The notes under the pieces: generated by a model
Told to the model about the DNA's origin: nothing
What the model saw: the letters and a program-made list of their open reading frames with translations, nothing else
Database searches by the model: none
Program-made: the position numbers and the translations under genes
Shown: positions 18,812 to 28,272 of the stretch, one piece after another
Layout: the number at the start of each line of letters is the position of its first letter
How positions within the stretch are numbered: position 1 is the stretch's first letter
Source: an uncultured Anaerolinea sp.
Lineage (GTDB): Bacteria > Chloroflexota > Anaerolineae > Anaerolineales > Anaerolineaceae
Length of the DNA: 28,301 nt
Assembly (NCBI GenBank): GCA_964461605.1
Contig: CAYWVP010000001.1
Span: 10,878 to 39,178, forward strand
Direction of reading: 5' to 3'

Positions 18812-18821
18812 ATTATACAAT
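18812..18821. promoter_or_regulatory. Overlapping divergent -10 elements for glpK (TATAAT, minus) and the EEP nuclease (TACAAT, plus)
   Basis: ATTATACAAT lies in the 45-bp intergenic gap. Confidence 0.45.
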
Positions 18822-18826
18822 AAGCC

Positions 18827-20596
18827 ATGTTTAATCTCAGTATGCGCAATACCGCAGTATGGATTACCCCGATGTTGATGACGTGTCTCTTTCTGTCAAG
18901 TTGTGTTGTTGAGAATTCTCCAGTTATGGAGAACGGGACGATCAGCATCCACGATATCCAGGGTTGTTCGCACCGGTCACCCTACCTGGGTCGCAACGTT
19001 GAAGGTGTTACTGGAATCGTAACCAGGAAAAGTGGCAACGGTTTTTATATGCAAACCGACCAGCCAGATGAAAAATCGTGCTCGTCCGAAGCAATTTTCA
19101 TTTTTACGCGTACTTTTCCTGATGTCCGCCCGGGCGATCTGGTAGCGGTGTCCGGGCAAGTCGATGAATTTATGCCAGGAGCAACAGAAGACCGTAACCT
19201 GACCCTCACGCAGTTATCCGATGTCAGTTTTCAGGTTCTTTCGCATGGGAATCCGTTACCGGATGCAGTTGAAATTGGCGGGGCAGGTTTGTCTGTCCCG
19301 GATCTGCATATCGATAATGATGGTTTAACCAAGTTTCAACCTGAAGAAGATGGCATCGATTTTTATGAGAGCCTGGAATCCATGCTGGTGAAAGTCAATT
19401 CCGGGATTGTGGTCAGCCCGAAGAATTACTACAACGAGGTGGTCATCATTCCTGAGGAAATGGTCAACAAGAACCTGGTTTCATCGCAAGGCGCCTTGGT
19501 CCAACAAGCGATAGATCCAAACCCGGAACGAATAATTTTGAACTTGAATAATGAGAATAGTGCAAAGATAAACCTCGGTTCCCGGTTGGAAGAAAGTGTT
19601 ACGGGTATCGTTGATTATGCATATGGTAATTTCAAGCTCAACGTTTTTGGATTGGCACATTTTTCTGAGTCGACCCCGGAAATCGACAGGATTGCCAACA
19701 ATCCCGATTCCCTGACGATTGTCTCCTACAATGTGGAGAACCTCTCATTGTTTGATGGTGAAGCGAAATTTCGCGGGGTGGCTGAGGACATTTCAAGATC
19801 AATGGACAACCCTGAGATCATGATCCTGCACGAAATTATGGATGATTCCGGTGTAGAAGATGATGGTATAGTGACTGCCCAGAAGACACTAACAAGATTG
19901 GTTGATCAAATTGAAGAAATCAGTGGCGTGCATTATTCTTTTATTGACAATCCGCCGATTAACAATCGTGACGGAGGAATTGATGGGGGAAATATCCGTT
20001 CTTGCATCCTATTCAGGGAAGATGCTGGAATTCGCATCGCAGAATCTTCAGGGAATACGACATTGAAGGAGAATCCGACCAGAATTGGACCGGATGAATG
20101 GCCTTTCTCCGTCACGCGTAAACCACTCGTCGTGTTATTCGAATACAAGGGCGAACAATTCCTGACGGTTGCACTGCATTTGACCTCCCGGGGAGCTGAT
20201 TCTCCATTATTTGGAAATGTTCAACCACCCGAGAAGCCTGAAGAGGAGAAACGAAATCAGCAGGCACTTTTCATAAATAACTTCCTGACGGATTTTCACA
20301 AGCGCAGCCCTGAAATCCCCGTTTTTGTTGCTGGTGATCTGAACGATGATCCCTGGTCCGACACACTTTCTATCCTGAGCCGCGGGCTTCTGGTCAACCT
20401 AAATGAATTGATCCCTGAAAACGAAAAGTACTCATTTATCCTGGACGGTAACGCGATTCAACTTGATCACATTCTCGTTTCCTCTGATAACAATTGGAAG
20501 GAATCGTTCCAGATATTGCACCTGAATACCAGTTTGGATACTTCCAAACAAATCAGTGATCACGATGCAGTGATCACTGAGATTACCTTTCCATAA
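18827..20596 (+). CDS. Lipoprotein-anchored extracellular nuclease/phosphoesterase (OB-fold + EEP domain, ExeM/YhcR-like)
   Basis: Lipobox LSSC; IHDIQG...SPYLG...GFYMQ OB region; EEP motifs YNVENL, LHEI, GDLND, LDHIL and SDHD. Start may be the later ATG at 18842. Confidence 0.82.
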   Translation: MFNLSMRNTAVWITPMLMTCLFLSSCVVENSPVMENGTISIHDIQGCSHRSPYLGRNVEGVTGIVTRKSGNGFYMQTDQPDEKSCSSEAIFIFTRTFPDVRPGDLVAVSGQVDEFMPGATEDRNLTLTQLSDVSFQVLSHGNPLPDAVEIGGAGLSVPDLHIDNDGLTKFQPEEDGIDFYESLESMLVKVNSGIVVSPKNYYNEVVIIPEEMVNKNLVSSQGALVQQAIDPNPERIILNLNNENSAKINLGSRLEESVTGIVDYAYGNFKLNVFGLAHFSESTPEIDRIANNPDSLTIVSYNVENLSLFDGEAKFRGVAEDISRSMDNPEIMILHEIMDDSGVEDDGIVTAQKTLTRLVDQIEEISGVHYSFIDNPPINNRDGGIDGGNIRSCILFREDAGIRIAESSGNTTLKENPTRIGPDEWPFSVTRKPLVVLFEYKGEQFLTVALHLTSRGADSPLFGNVQPPEKPEEEKRNQQALFINNFLTDFHKRSPEIPVFVAGDLNDDPWSDTLSILSRGLLVNLNELIPENEKYSFILDGNAIQLDHILVSSDNNWKESFQILHLNTSLDTSKQISDHDAVITEITFP

Positions 20597-20604
20597 ACAG
20601 AGTA

Positions 20605-22101
20605 TTACGTTACTGCCAACAACTTCTTGTTCTGGTTGGTAATTGTTCTGAAATGATAACCATAGATCACCAGGGTGATCGCCATGGGGATCTTCCTGAT
20701 ATCATGGCTGAGGGTCCAAAAAAATAGATTCCAATAGTACCGGGCTTCTTTGAAATTTAACCCCATGCGGATGATTGTTCTTAAGAATGCCTGTACCTCG
20801 TTGAATCTAAGGTTAATTCGTTGTTGAACGGGCTGGAATTGTCGTAGGAATGTTTTTATCCTGGGGTATAAAAGTTCGGGTGAATAAATGGATTCCATTA
20901 TCCTGAAGTAACCGTTTTTCAAGGCGTCGGGATGGATCTTAGTGGCGATATTGGTAGTTCCATCCGCGTTATCACCGGACATCTCTCTGATGATGCGACC
21001 TTCACCCATCAATCGCTCGTACAACCGCGTTCCAAAAGGTGCCTGAAGCAAACCCACCATGGCAGTGACGATACCGGATTCTTGAATAAAGGAGATCATC
21101 TGGTCAAATATGTCGGTTGAATCACTATCAAACCCGACGATGAAACCTGCCATTACATGCATACCGTGATTTTGAATGACATTGATATTTCTGATCAGAT
21201 CTCGCTGCGAGTTTTGTTTCTTGTTACATTCCACCAGGCTCGCGGGATTGGGAGTTTCGATACCAATGAACACATCCACAAATCCTGCTTTCGCCATCAG
21301 ATCGAGTAATTCCGGGTCATCCGCCATATTGATGGATGCCTCTGTTGAATAACGAAACCCCGGTTTGTTTTGGTGCCATTCGATCAGCGCAGGAAGGATT
21401 TCCTCTTTGATGTATCTCTTATTACCGATGAAATTGTCGTCGACAAAAAAGACATTTCGACGCCAGCCGGCAGAGTAAAGCTGGTCAAGCTCCGCAATGA
21501 TCTGCGCAACTGTTTTGAGACGGGGAACGTGTCCCAGCAGGGCGGTAACATTGCAGAAATCACAATGAAACGGACATCCGCGTGAAAGTTGTACACTCAT
21601 CGTGTCGTAATCATCCAAATTGATAATGGATAGATCCGGCAATGGTGATTTGCTAATATCGGCATACTCAGAGGATGAATAGACTTTTTTAACTGGACCT
21701 CCATTATCAAGGTCTGCCAGGAAAAGGGGTAATGTGATCTCACCTTCATTTTGTATGAATGTATCGATTTGTGGGAAATCTTCGATTGGACCCGAGAACA
21801 TGGGTCCACCTGCAATAATTGGTTTATTACGGTCCTTGATCCTGGTAATGATTTGATGGACGGATCCTCTTTGAACATCCATTGCGCTGATGAATACCAT
21901 GTCACACCAATCAATGTCACGGTTGGTGAGGGGTTTTATGTTCATGTCCACTAACCGCTTTTCCCAGTGAGCCGGTAACAGGGAGGAAATGGTCATTAAT
22001 CCCAACGGTGGATTGTTGATCTTGCGATTGATAAATTTCAACGCATGTTTGAAACTCCAAAAAGTATCAGGAAACTCAGGATAAACCATAAGAATTCTCA
22101 T
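20605..22101 (-). CDS. Cobalamin-binding radical SAM protein with DUF4070-like C-terminus (HpnP-like architecture)
   Basis: RILMVYPEF, PPLGLMTI, GGP B12-binding region, SRGCPFHCDFC, FFVDDNFIG and AGFIVGFDSD. Start set at 22101 from AAGGA spacing. Confidence 0.85.
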   Translation of the reverse strand: MRILMVYPEFPDTFWSFKHALKFINRKINNPPLGLMTISSLLPAHWEKRLVDMNIKPLTNRDIDWCDMVFISAMDVQRGSVHQIITRIKDRNKPIIAGGPMFSGPIEDFPQIDTFIQNEGEITLPLFLADLDNGGPVKKVYSSSEYADISKSPLPDLSIINLDDYDTMSVQLSRGCPFHCDFCNVTALLGHVPRLKTVAQIIAELDQLYSAGWRRNVFFVDDNFIGNKRYIKEEILPALIEWHQNKPGFRYSTEASINMADDPELLDLMAKAGFVDVFIGIETPNPASLVECNKKQNSQRDLIRNINVIQNHGMHVMAGFIVGFDSDSTDIFDQMISFIQESGIVTAMVGLLQAPFGTRLYERLMGEGRIIREMSGDNADGTTNIATKIHPDALKNGYFRIMESIYSPELLYPRIKTFLRQFQPVQQRINLRFNEVQAFLRTIIRMGLNFKEARYYWNLFFWTLSHDIRKIPMAITLVIYGYHFRTITNQNKKLLAVT

Positions 22102-22237
22102 TATCATGTTCCTTCTTTTGATAGTATAGGTAACTATCCGCAAGGTTCTATGTGACCTACGGGATAGAAAGAGAATAATTTATGAGTACCAGCACATTTG
22201 AGTGTGACTTTGTGGGGATAAATACGAGTGATCAGAA

Positions 22238-22246
22238 TGCTATAAT
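22238..22246 (+). promoter_or_regulatory. Extended -10 promoter of the sensor kinase operon
   Basis: Perfect TGCTATAAT, 8 nt before the ATG at 22255; no SD. Confidence 0.7.
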
Positions 22247-22254
22247 AAATTTCA

Positions 22255-23448
22255 ATGGAAAAGAGCAATAACTCCTCCTTTAATCTGAGTACTGGAACTG
22301 ACCTGGCTTTTGCCCTGTTAGTTTTCATTGCTTTCTTTTCAGCATTCAGCTCTTCTCCGGTAACATCAATATTCTTGATCACACTAATTGTCTTGTTGGG
22401 AATTGCTTATATAACAAATGGAATATACGGTTTCTCTTATGTAAAGAAGAGGAATACCAGGGAAATTAAATTCCTCTATTTTATTAGTCAATTAATTATT
22501 GGCGGCCTGATCATTTATTATGGAAAGGGGGCTGGTTTCTCTACCCTGATCCTCCTTCCCATCGTTGCACATAGCGTGATCTCGCTGGATGAAAACTGGA
22601 CAATGATCGCGAATTTTGGTGTTCTGTTAGCCTACATCGTTTCGGTTTGGGGCTATTCACAGGATCTATTCCAGGTCTGGACAGGTTTTCCAGTGTTTTT
22701 TGCCGGCCAGGTGATCATCCTCATTTTCACGCAGATGGCAGTGAACGAGCAAAAAGCCAGGAGAAAGTTGGAAATCCTGGCAGATGAACTTTCAGAGGCA
22801 AACCGGCATTTAAGTGAATACGCTCAACAAGTGCACGAACTGGCGGTCACGCAGGAAAGAAACCGTTTCGCCCGGGAGATACATGATGGACTGGGTCATT
22901 ATCTGACAACGATCAACATGCAGCTCAATGCTGCCAGCGTATTGATTCAAAGCGACCCGGGTAAAGCTTCAACAATGCTTAATAAAGCAAAAAAATTGAT
23001 TATTGAGGCACTTGACGATGTTCGGGATTCGGTTTCTGCCTTGCGTGAAGAGAACGTGGATATTGAGGATCTACCGCAGAGAATTTCCCACCTGGTTGAA
23101 GGAGCAAGATCACCCAGGTGGGACGTGACGCTGAGCGTGATTGGAGTCCCAATCCAGGCATCACCACCAGTACATCTGACAGTTTATAGAGCTGCGCAGG
23201 AAACCCTGAACAATGCGCAAAAACATTCAAATGCAACTAAAATGCAACTGACTCTGGATTATTCCAGAAAAGACCGATTAATTTTTCTTGCCAGCGACAA
23301 TGGAACTGGTGCAGAGGAGATAAATTCTGGGTATGGTATCCTGGGTTTACAGGAACGGGTCCGGTTGTTGGATGGCAGAATCGCCATTGAAAATTCCCCG
23401 GGGGAGGGTTTTGCGGTAAGAATTGAATTACCAGTGGAAGAAAAATGA
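22255..23448 (+). CDS. Membrane-sensing histidine kinase (about 6 TM, HisKA_3; DesK/LiaS-like)
   Basis: Six hydrophobic helices with short loops; ERNRFAREIHDGLGH, QETLNNAQKHS, DNGTG and GYGILGLQERV. Confidence 0.9.
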   Translation: MEKSNNSSFNLSTGTDLAFALLVFIAFFSAFSSSPVTSIFLITLIVLLGIAYITNGIYGFSYVKKRNTREIKFLYFISQLIIGGLIIYYGKGAGFSTLILLPIVAHSVISLDENWTMIANFGVLLAYIVSVWGYSQDLFQVWTGFPVFFAGQVIILIFTQMAVNEQKARRKLEILADELSEANRHLSEYAQQVHELAVTQERNRFAREIHDGLGHYLTTINMQLNAASVLIQSDPGKASTMLNKAKKLIIEALDDVRDSVSALREENVDIEDLPQRISHLVEGARSPRWDVTLSVIGVPIQASPPVHLTVYRAAQETLNNAQKHSNATKMQLTLDYSRKDRLIFLASDNGTGAEEINSGYGILGLQERVRLLDGRIAIENSPGEGFAVRIELPVEEK

Positions 23449-24101
23449 TAAAAATTCTAATATGTGACGATCAATCACTATTTCGTGAAGCATTGCGTAC
23501 ATTACTGAGCTCATTTGATGAGTTAAACGTTATCGGAGAAGCAGCGAACGGAGAAGAAGCGCTCAGGCAGGCGGTTTCTCTTTCTCCGGATGTTGTGCTG
23601 ATGGATCTGCGTATGCCGATCATGGATGGAGTAGAAGCAACGCGTAGAATATCTCAACTTGGCAAAGGAATTAAAGTGATCGTCCTCACCACCTTTGATG
23701 ATGATGAGACGGTATTTGATGGATTGCGTGCCGGTGCGGTTGGATATTTGTTAAAAGATGTATCTTCTGAAAAACTAATTGAAGCGATTCAAGCAGCTTA
23801 CAATGGTGATTATTTCCTTTTACCTTCAATCACTGCCAAAGTGGTTTCGGAGTTTTCTAAGATCTCCAAGCCGATAAGGAAGCATAAGGATGAAATGATT
23901 CCAGACCCGTTATCACCTCGCGAAATTGAGATCCTGCGCGTCGTGGCTACCGGAGCGAGCAACAAGGAAATTGCTGAACAATTGTTTATATCTGAAGGCA
24001 CTGTAAAGAATCATCTCTCCAGCATTCTTGGTAAGCTCGGAGTGCGGGATCGTATGCAGGCTATTCTAAAGGCAAAAGAACTGGGAATTATCGACATCTA
24101 G
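23445..24101 (+). CDS. NarL/LuxR-family response regulator
   Basis: ILICDDQ, VLMDLRMP, LTTF and YLLKD receiver motifs; LSPREIEIL...GASNKEIA...SEGTVKNH HTH; ATGA overlap with the kinase. Confidence 0.95.
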   Translation: MIKILICDDQSLFREALRTLLSSFDELNVIGEAANGEEALRQAVSLSPDVVLMDLRMPIMDGVEATRRISQLGKGIKVIVLTTFDDDETVFDGLRAGAVGYLLKDVSSEKLIEAIQAAYNGDYFLLPSITAKVVSEFSKISKPIRKHKDEMIPDPLSPREIEILRVVATGASNKEIAEQLFISEGTVKNHLSSILGKLGVRDRMQAILKAKELGIIDI

Positions 24102-24118
24102 AATTGGAAGCACAAACC

Positions 24119-24970
24119 ATGGCAAAAATCATAGAAAAGACACGAAAAGAAGTGTTACTGCAATATGCTCCGTTGGCCGGGGTCATCCTGGTCGTTTCTG
24201 GCTTGTTATTATTGCTGGACCAGCGATTACGGACCAACTGGCTTTCACTATCAATTCCAGCTTTCATCGGTTTGGTGATTTTTGGGTACGGGATCTATAA
24301 AAGAAATCATTGGTGGGTGGTACCAGGGCTGATCATAATTGGTTTGGGTTCAGCTTTGATCACACTGCTGATCCCGACATTAAAAATTGAGATGACCACA
24401 CGTTTGGGATACAGCTTCCTGGCGAATTCACTTGCCTGGTTATTTATTTTCTTCATCATTTGGTTAAAGACCAGGCAGAAAGCCTGGTGGGCGTTATTTG
24501 TTTCGTTCATTTTGGCTTCGCTCACGATAATATTTTTATCGCAACAATTTACCCTGCTCATCTTCGTATTTTATCTTTCTGTAGCCATCGGTGTTGTTTT
24601 CCTTTTATGGGGAGGTTTTTCCGGCCGGATGGCGTTGATCGTTCCGGGTGCGCTGTTAATCGCCACAGGTGCAGGGGTCTATTTCGGCTGGAGCAACCCT
24701 GAAACACCGGGGGGACTGCAGAAGACCGGCATCATGCTGGTCTGGTTTGCATTAGGGTGGGTTTTAATCACCGTCTTTTCCAGGATTATGAATAAACGTT
24801 TCGTTTGGTGGCCGTTGATCCCCGGTGGAATTTTATTGATGGTGGGATCAGGATTATATATTGGAGGTAATCCGGAAAATGCCCTAGGCTTTCTGGGCAA
24901 TACCGGTTCAATTGGCTTGATCCTGGTTGGCGCTTATTTAATTTTTCTAAAATTTGGAATGAAACGGTGA
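24119..24970 (+). CDS. Polytopic membrane protein (about 10 TM) with internal repeats; LiaF-like accessory position
   Basis: Almost entirely hydrophobic with repeated xxPG-xx-LL-xx-G helices. Start set at ATG 24119 (GGAAG upstream); TTG 24104 is an alternative. Confidence 0.75.
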   Translation: MAKIIEKTRKEVLLQYAPLAGVILVVSGLLLLLDQRLRTNWLSLSIPAFIGLVIFGYGIYKRNHWWVVPGLIIIGLGSALITLLIPTLKIEMTTRLGYSFLANSLAWLFIFFIIWLKTRQKAWWALFVSFILASLTIIFLSQQFTLLIFVFYLSVAIGVVFLLWGGFSGRMALIVPGALLIATGAGVYFGWSNPETPGGLQKTGIMLVWFALGWVLITVFSRIMNKRFVWWPLIPGGILLMVGSGLYIGGNPENALGFLGNTGSIGLILVGAYLIFLKFGMKR

Positions 24971-24972
24971 GC

Positions 24973-25833
24973 CTAGAGATCGAGGAGATGGAGTAGTTCA
25001 GAGAGTTTGTCTTCCATCGCTTCTTCTCCTGCCCGAATAATTTCATTTACCCGGTTGAAACCGAACAGGGAAGTAATGTCATCAGGTATTGATGGACTGA
25101 CCATAATATCCGGTGGAAATTCCTGCAGGTTCTTTTCAACCAGGGTACTGGTCATGATCATCTCCACGCGATAAAAATCCTGCACAATTCCCGGTAATGG
25201 CAAAGGGATGTGTTCGTACCGGTGGGAATCGATTGGTGAATCATTATCCTGGTTTCGTTGATGGACTTCAACCGCAAGGATCACCTCAGCCATTGTTCCT
25301 TTCAGATGCTTTACCGGCACGTCATTCAAAACGCCCCCATCCACAAGGCGGTAAGGTCCCATTTCTACCGGCGGGAAAAAACCTGGTACTGCTGTCGTTG
25401 CCATGATGCTATCCAACAGATTACCTTTATCCAGGAGTATTTCTTTTCCGGAGATCAGGTCCACCGCGTTCATGACAAGCGGGATCAGCGCGTCTTCGAT
25501 TTGCGCTGATGGATCGATGTGGTTGGAAAGATATTTTCTGATATTCCTGCCAGCCAGCAAACCTCGCCGGTTCGGCGTGCGGTCCACCAGTTTTAGAATC
25601 TCGCGTTTGTTATTCAAGCGTCTGGCAATACTCTCAATTTCTTCTATCGGTAAACCGATCGCATAAGTTGACGCAATAATTCCACCCATGCTACAGCCGG
25701 ATAGATAAGAAATCTTAATTCCGTTTCTGTTTAATACCTTTAATACACCGATATGGGCCAGACCCCTGGCCCCGCCGCCGCCTAAAGCCAACCCTAATAG
25801 TTTGTGTTGCTTGCCTGATTTTCGATTATTCAC
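24973..25833 (-). CDS. Patatin-like phospholipase
   Basis: Oxyanion loop LGGGGARGLAHIGVL, nucleophile elbow GCSMG, and catalytic DGG. Confidence 0.9.
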   Translation of the reverse strand: MNNRKSGKQHKLLGLALGGGGARGLAHIGVLKVLNRNGIKISYLSGCSMGGIIASTYAIGLPIEEIESIARRLNNKREILKLVDRTPNRRGLLAGRNIRKYLSNHIDPSAQIEDALIPLVMNAVDLISGKEILLDKGNLLDSIMATTAVPGFFPPVEMGPYRLVDGGVLNDVPVKHLKGTMAEVILAVEVHQRNQDNDSPIDSHRYEHIPLPLPGIVQDFYRVEMIMTSTLVEKNLQEFPPDIMVSPSIPDDITSLFGFNRVNEIIRAGEEAMEDKLSELLHLLDL

Positions 25834-25938
25834 GCTACAATTTTACCTGAGAACTATTCATACCTGTTCAATAAGCTTTCTGTCTGATAATATTCATCCT
25901 TGTTCGTTTTTTCGATGGACAGGATCAGGTGAATTGGT

Positions 25939-27798
25939 ATGAAAACTGAAAGAAAAGATATTCGAAATATTGCGATTATTGCGCATGTTGACCACGGTAA
26001 GACAACGCTGGTGGATGGTTTGTTAAAACAGGCGCGCGTTTTCCGCGATAACCAGCAAGTGATCGAAAGGGTAATGGATTCAAATGACCTGGAGCGTGAG
26101 CGTGGCATAACGATCCTGGCAAAAAATACAGCCATTATCATCCCGGATCTGCTTAGTGGTGAAATGGTCAAAATAAATATTGTGGATACACCAGGTCATG
26201 CCGATTTTGGCGGTGAGGTTGAGCGCGTCATGAACATGGTTGATGGTGTGCTGCTGCTCGTAGATGCAGCCGAAGGCCCAATGCCTCAGACCCGGTTTGT
26301 CCTTAAAAAAGCGCTTGAGATGGGTCATCGGGCGATAGTGGTGATCAATAAGATGGACCGCAAGGACGCTGATGCTGAACGCGCGGTAAACCTCACATTT
26401 GATCTGTTTGTGGAATTAGGCGCAAATGATGACCAGGCAGATTTTCCGATCATTTATGCGAACGCGATCACACAACAATCCGGTAACACCCATCAACTGG
26501 AAAGTGACCTCCAACCGCTCTTTAAAGCCATCCTCGACACGATTCCCGCGCCAGTTGTAGATATGGAAGCTCCTTTACAAATTTTGGTGACCAATCTCGG
26601 CTACGATGATTATCGCGGTGTAACCGCTGTCGGTCGTGTGCATTCGGGAGAGATCAAAGCCGGTCAACCAATAGCCCGCATCCAGAAAAACGGGACTGTG
26701 CTGAGTGAAAAAGCACGTTATTTGTACACCTACCAGGGCCTTGAAAAAGTAGAAGTTGATCGCGTTTTGGCTGGCGATATCGTAGCGATAGGTGGTTTGG
26801 AGGGTATTGAGATCGGTGAAACGCTGGCAGATATAAACGAACCAGTGGCATTACCGGTCATTCACGTTGAAGAGCCGACAGTCCGCATGACATTCAGTGT
26901 CAACACATCACCCTTTACCGGCAGGGAGGGGAAGTGGAGCACATCGAGGAAGTTGCGGGAACGCCTTTACGATGAGCTGAAAAATAACGTAGCGTTGCGC
27001 GTAGATGATACCGAAACTCCGGATGCTTTCCTGGTATCGGGTAGGGGAGAACTGCACCTCGCCATCCTCATTGAAACAATGCGCAGAGAAGGATACGAGT
27101 TCCAGGTTTCAAAACCTGAGGCGATCCTCAAGCAGGGTAATGACGGTGAGTTACTTGAGCCTTTCGAAGATCTGCATATTGATACGAGTCCGGAATCAGT
27201 GGGGTCAGTGGTGGAGATGTTGGGCAATCGCAAGGGAAAAATGCTCAATATGCAAAACAATCCGGACAACACAGTACATCTGCAGTATATTGTGCCCACC
27301 AGGGGTTTATTGGGTTTTCGGTACCAGTTCCTCACCATTACGCGCGGCACGGGCATCTTAAATTCATTGTTCCATGGTTATTATCCTTACTCAGGTCCGA
27401 TCACTTCACGATCTTCAAGCTCAGTTGTGGCCTGGGAGACGGGCATCACTTCAACCTTTGGGCTAAAAAATGCAGAAGAGCGGGGAGTCTTGTTCATCGG
27501 TGCGGGTGTGGATGTGTACGAAGGAATGGTAATTGGTGAAACACAACGCCCGGATGATCTTTCTGTAAATGTGTGTAAAAAGAAACATCTAACCAATATG
27601 CGATCATCCAACAAAGACATTGAGATCCGCCTCACGCCACCTCAACAAATGAGTTTGGATCAGGCGATCGAATACCTGGCTGAGGATGAGCTTTTGGAAG
27701 TCACTCCACTGAATTTCCGCATAAGGAAAAAGATTCTCAATACAGAAGAACGTGGAAAACAGACGAAAAAGGCTAAAGAACTTCTCGCTGATGCATAA
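25939..27798 (+). CDS. typA: Ribosome-associated translational GTPase TypA/BipA
   Basis: [61 protein letters not shown] and DELLEVTP. Confidence 0.96.
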   Translation: MKTERKDIRNIAIIAHVDHGKTTLVDGLLKQARVFRDNQQVIERVMDSNDLERERGITILAKNTAIIIPDLLSGEMVKINIVDTPGHADFGGEVERVMNMVDGVLLLVDAAEGPMPQTRFVLKKALEMGHRAIVVINKMDRKDADAERAVNLTFDLFVELGANDDQADFPIIYANAITQQSGNTHQLESDLQPLFKAILDTIPAPVVDMEAPLQILVTNLGYDDYRGVTAVGRVHSGEIKAGQPIARIQKNGTVLSEKARYLYTYQGLEKVEVDRVLAGDIVAIGGLEGIEIGETLADINEPVALPVIHVEEPTVRMTFSVNTSPFTGREGKWSTSRKLRERLYDELKNNVALRVDDTETPDAFLVSGRGELHLAILIETMRREGYEFQVSKPEAILKQGNDGELLEPFEDLHIDTSPESVGSVVEMLGNRKGKMLNMQNNPDNTVHLQYIVPTRGLLGFRYQFLTITRGTGILNSLFHGYYPYSGPITSRSSSSVVAWETGITSTFGLKNAEERGVLFIGAGVDVYEGMVIGETQRPDDLSVNVCKKKHLTNMRSSNKDIEIRLTPPQQMSLDQAIEYLAEDELLEVTPLNFRIRKKILNTEERGKQTKKAKELLADA

Positions 27799-27826
27799 AT
27801 GGGAACGAATTGAAGATTTCAGGTCA

Positions 27827-27861
27827 AAAACATGAGGAATTTCCAATATTCCTCATGTTTT
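27827..27861 (+). terminator. Terminator-like hairpin after typA
   Basis: Perfect 14-bp inverted repeat AAAACATGAGGAAT / ATTCCTCATGTTTT. Confidence 0.7.
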
Positions 27862-27865
27862 AGTC

Positions 27866-27894
27866 TTGACAGCAGAAATTTATTATGATAAATT
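27866..27894 (+). promoter_or_regulatory. sigma70 promoter upstream of csp
   Basis: TTGACA (27866-27871), 17 bp, TAAATT (27889-27894) with TG at the extended -10 position; predicts a leader of about 140 nt. Confidence 0.65.
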
Positions 27895-27938
27895 TGGATA
27901 TGTAGGATGCAAAGTAGTTCTTGCTGGATGTAATAAGC

Positions 27939-27977
27939 ACAGCCTGAAGCGAAATAGCTCCATGGCTGTTTTTATTT
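27939..27977 (+). terminator. Terminator-like hairpin inside the predicted csp 5' leader
   Basis: ACAGCC-TG-A-AGC-GAAATA-GCT-C-CA-T-GGCTGT followed by TTTTATTT. Confidence 0.5.
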
Positions 27978-28039
27978 GACTGCTCCGACAGAACGAACCA
28001 ATCCGAATATTGTAAGATTTGCTATAGGAGGCAAAAGAA

Positions 28040-28252
28040 ATGTCAGAACGTATCGTCGGTACAGTCAAATGGTTCAACGGAACCAAAGGTTATGGTTTCA
28101 TCTCCCGTGAGGGTGGAGAGGACGTTTTCGTCCACTTCTCTGCTATTCAGGGCGACGGTTATCGCAACCTTGAAGAAGGTCAGAAGGTCGAATTCGCGAT
28201 CGAAAAAGGACCCAAGGGCCTTCAGGCCAGCAACGTGGTCGTAGTTAGCTAG
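28040..28252 (+). CDS. csp: Cold-shock protein (CspA family)
   Basis: GTVKWFN, RNP1 KGYGFI, RNP2 VFVHF and [10 protein letters not shown]; AGGAGG RBS at 28026-28031. Confidence 0.96.
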   Translation: MSERIVGTVKWFNGTKGYGFISREGGEDVFVHFSAIQGDGYRNLEEGQKVEFAIEKGPKGLQASNVVVVS

Positions 28253-28272
28253 TTACACCCGTATGCACATTC

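Noticed and set aside
22102-22254. Cobalamin or SAM riboswitch upstream of the B12 radical SAM gene
   Set aside because: The region is only about 150 bp, shared with a divergent promoter, and lacks the conserved B12-box and SAM-I core sequences.
22134-22382. 82-aa minus-strand ORF across the radical SAM/kinase intergenic region
   Set aside because: It overlaps the kinase and its perfect extended -10 element and has no recognisable family features.
25854-26171. Antisense ORF opposite typA, and the many other 60-130 aa opposite-strand or off-frame ORFs in the track
   Set aside because: They lie within or largely overlap well-supported genes, have no recognisable motifs, and look like codon-pattern shadows.
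27901-27970. c-di-GMP-I riboswitch resemblance (GATGCAAAG and a CCTGAAG/CATGG receptor-like stem)
   Set aside because: The P1 GNRA hairpin is absent and the spacing does not fit. An Infernal scan would settle it.
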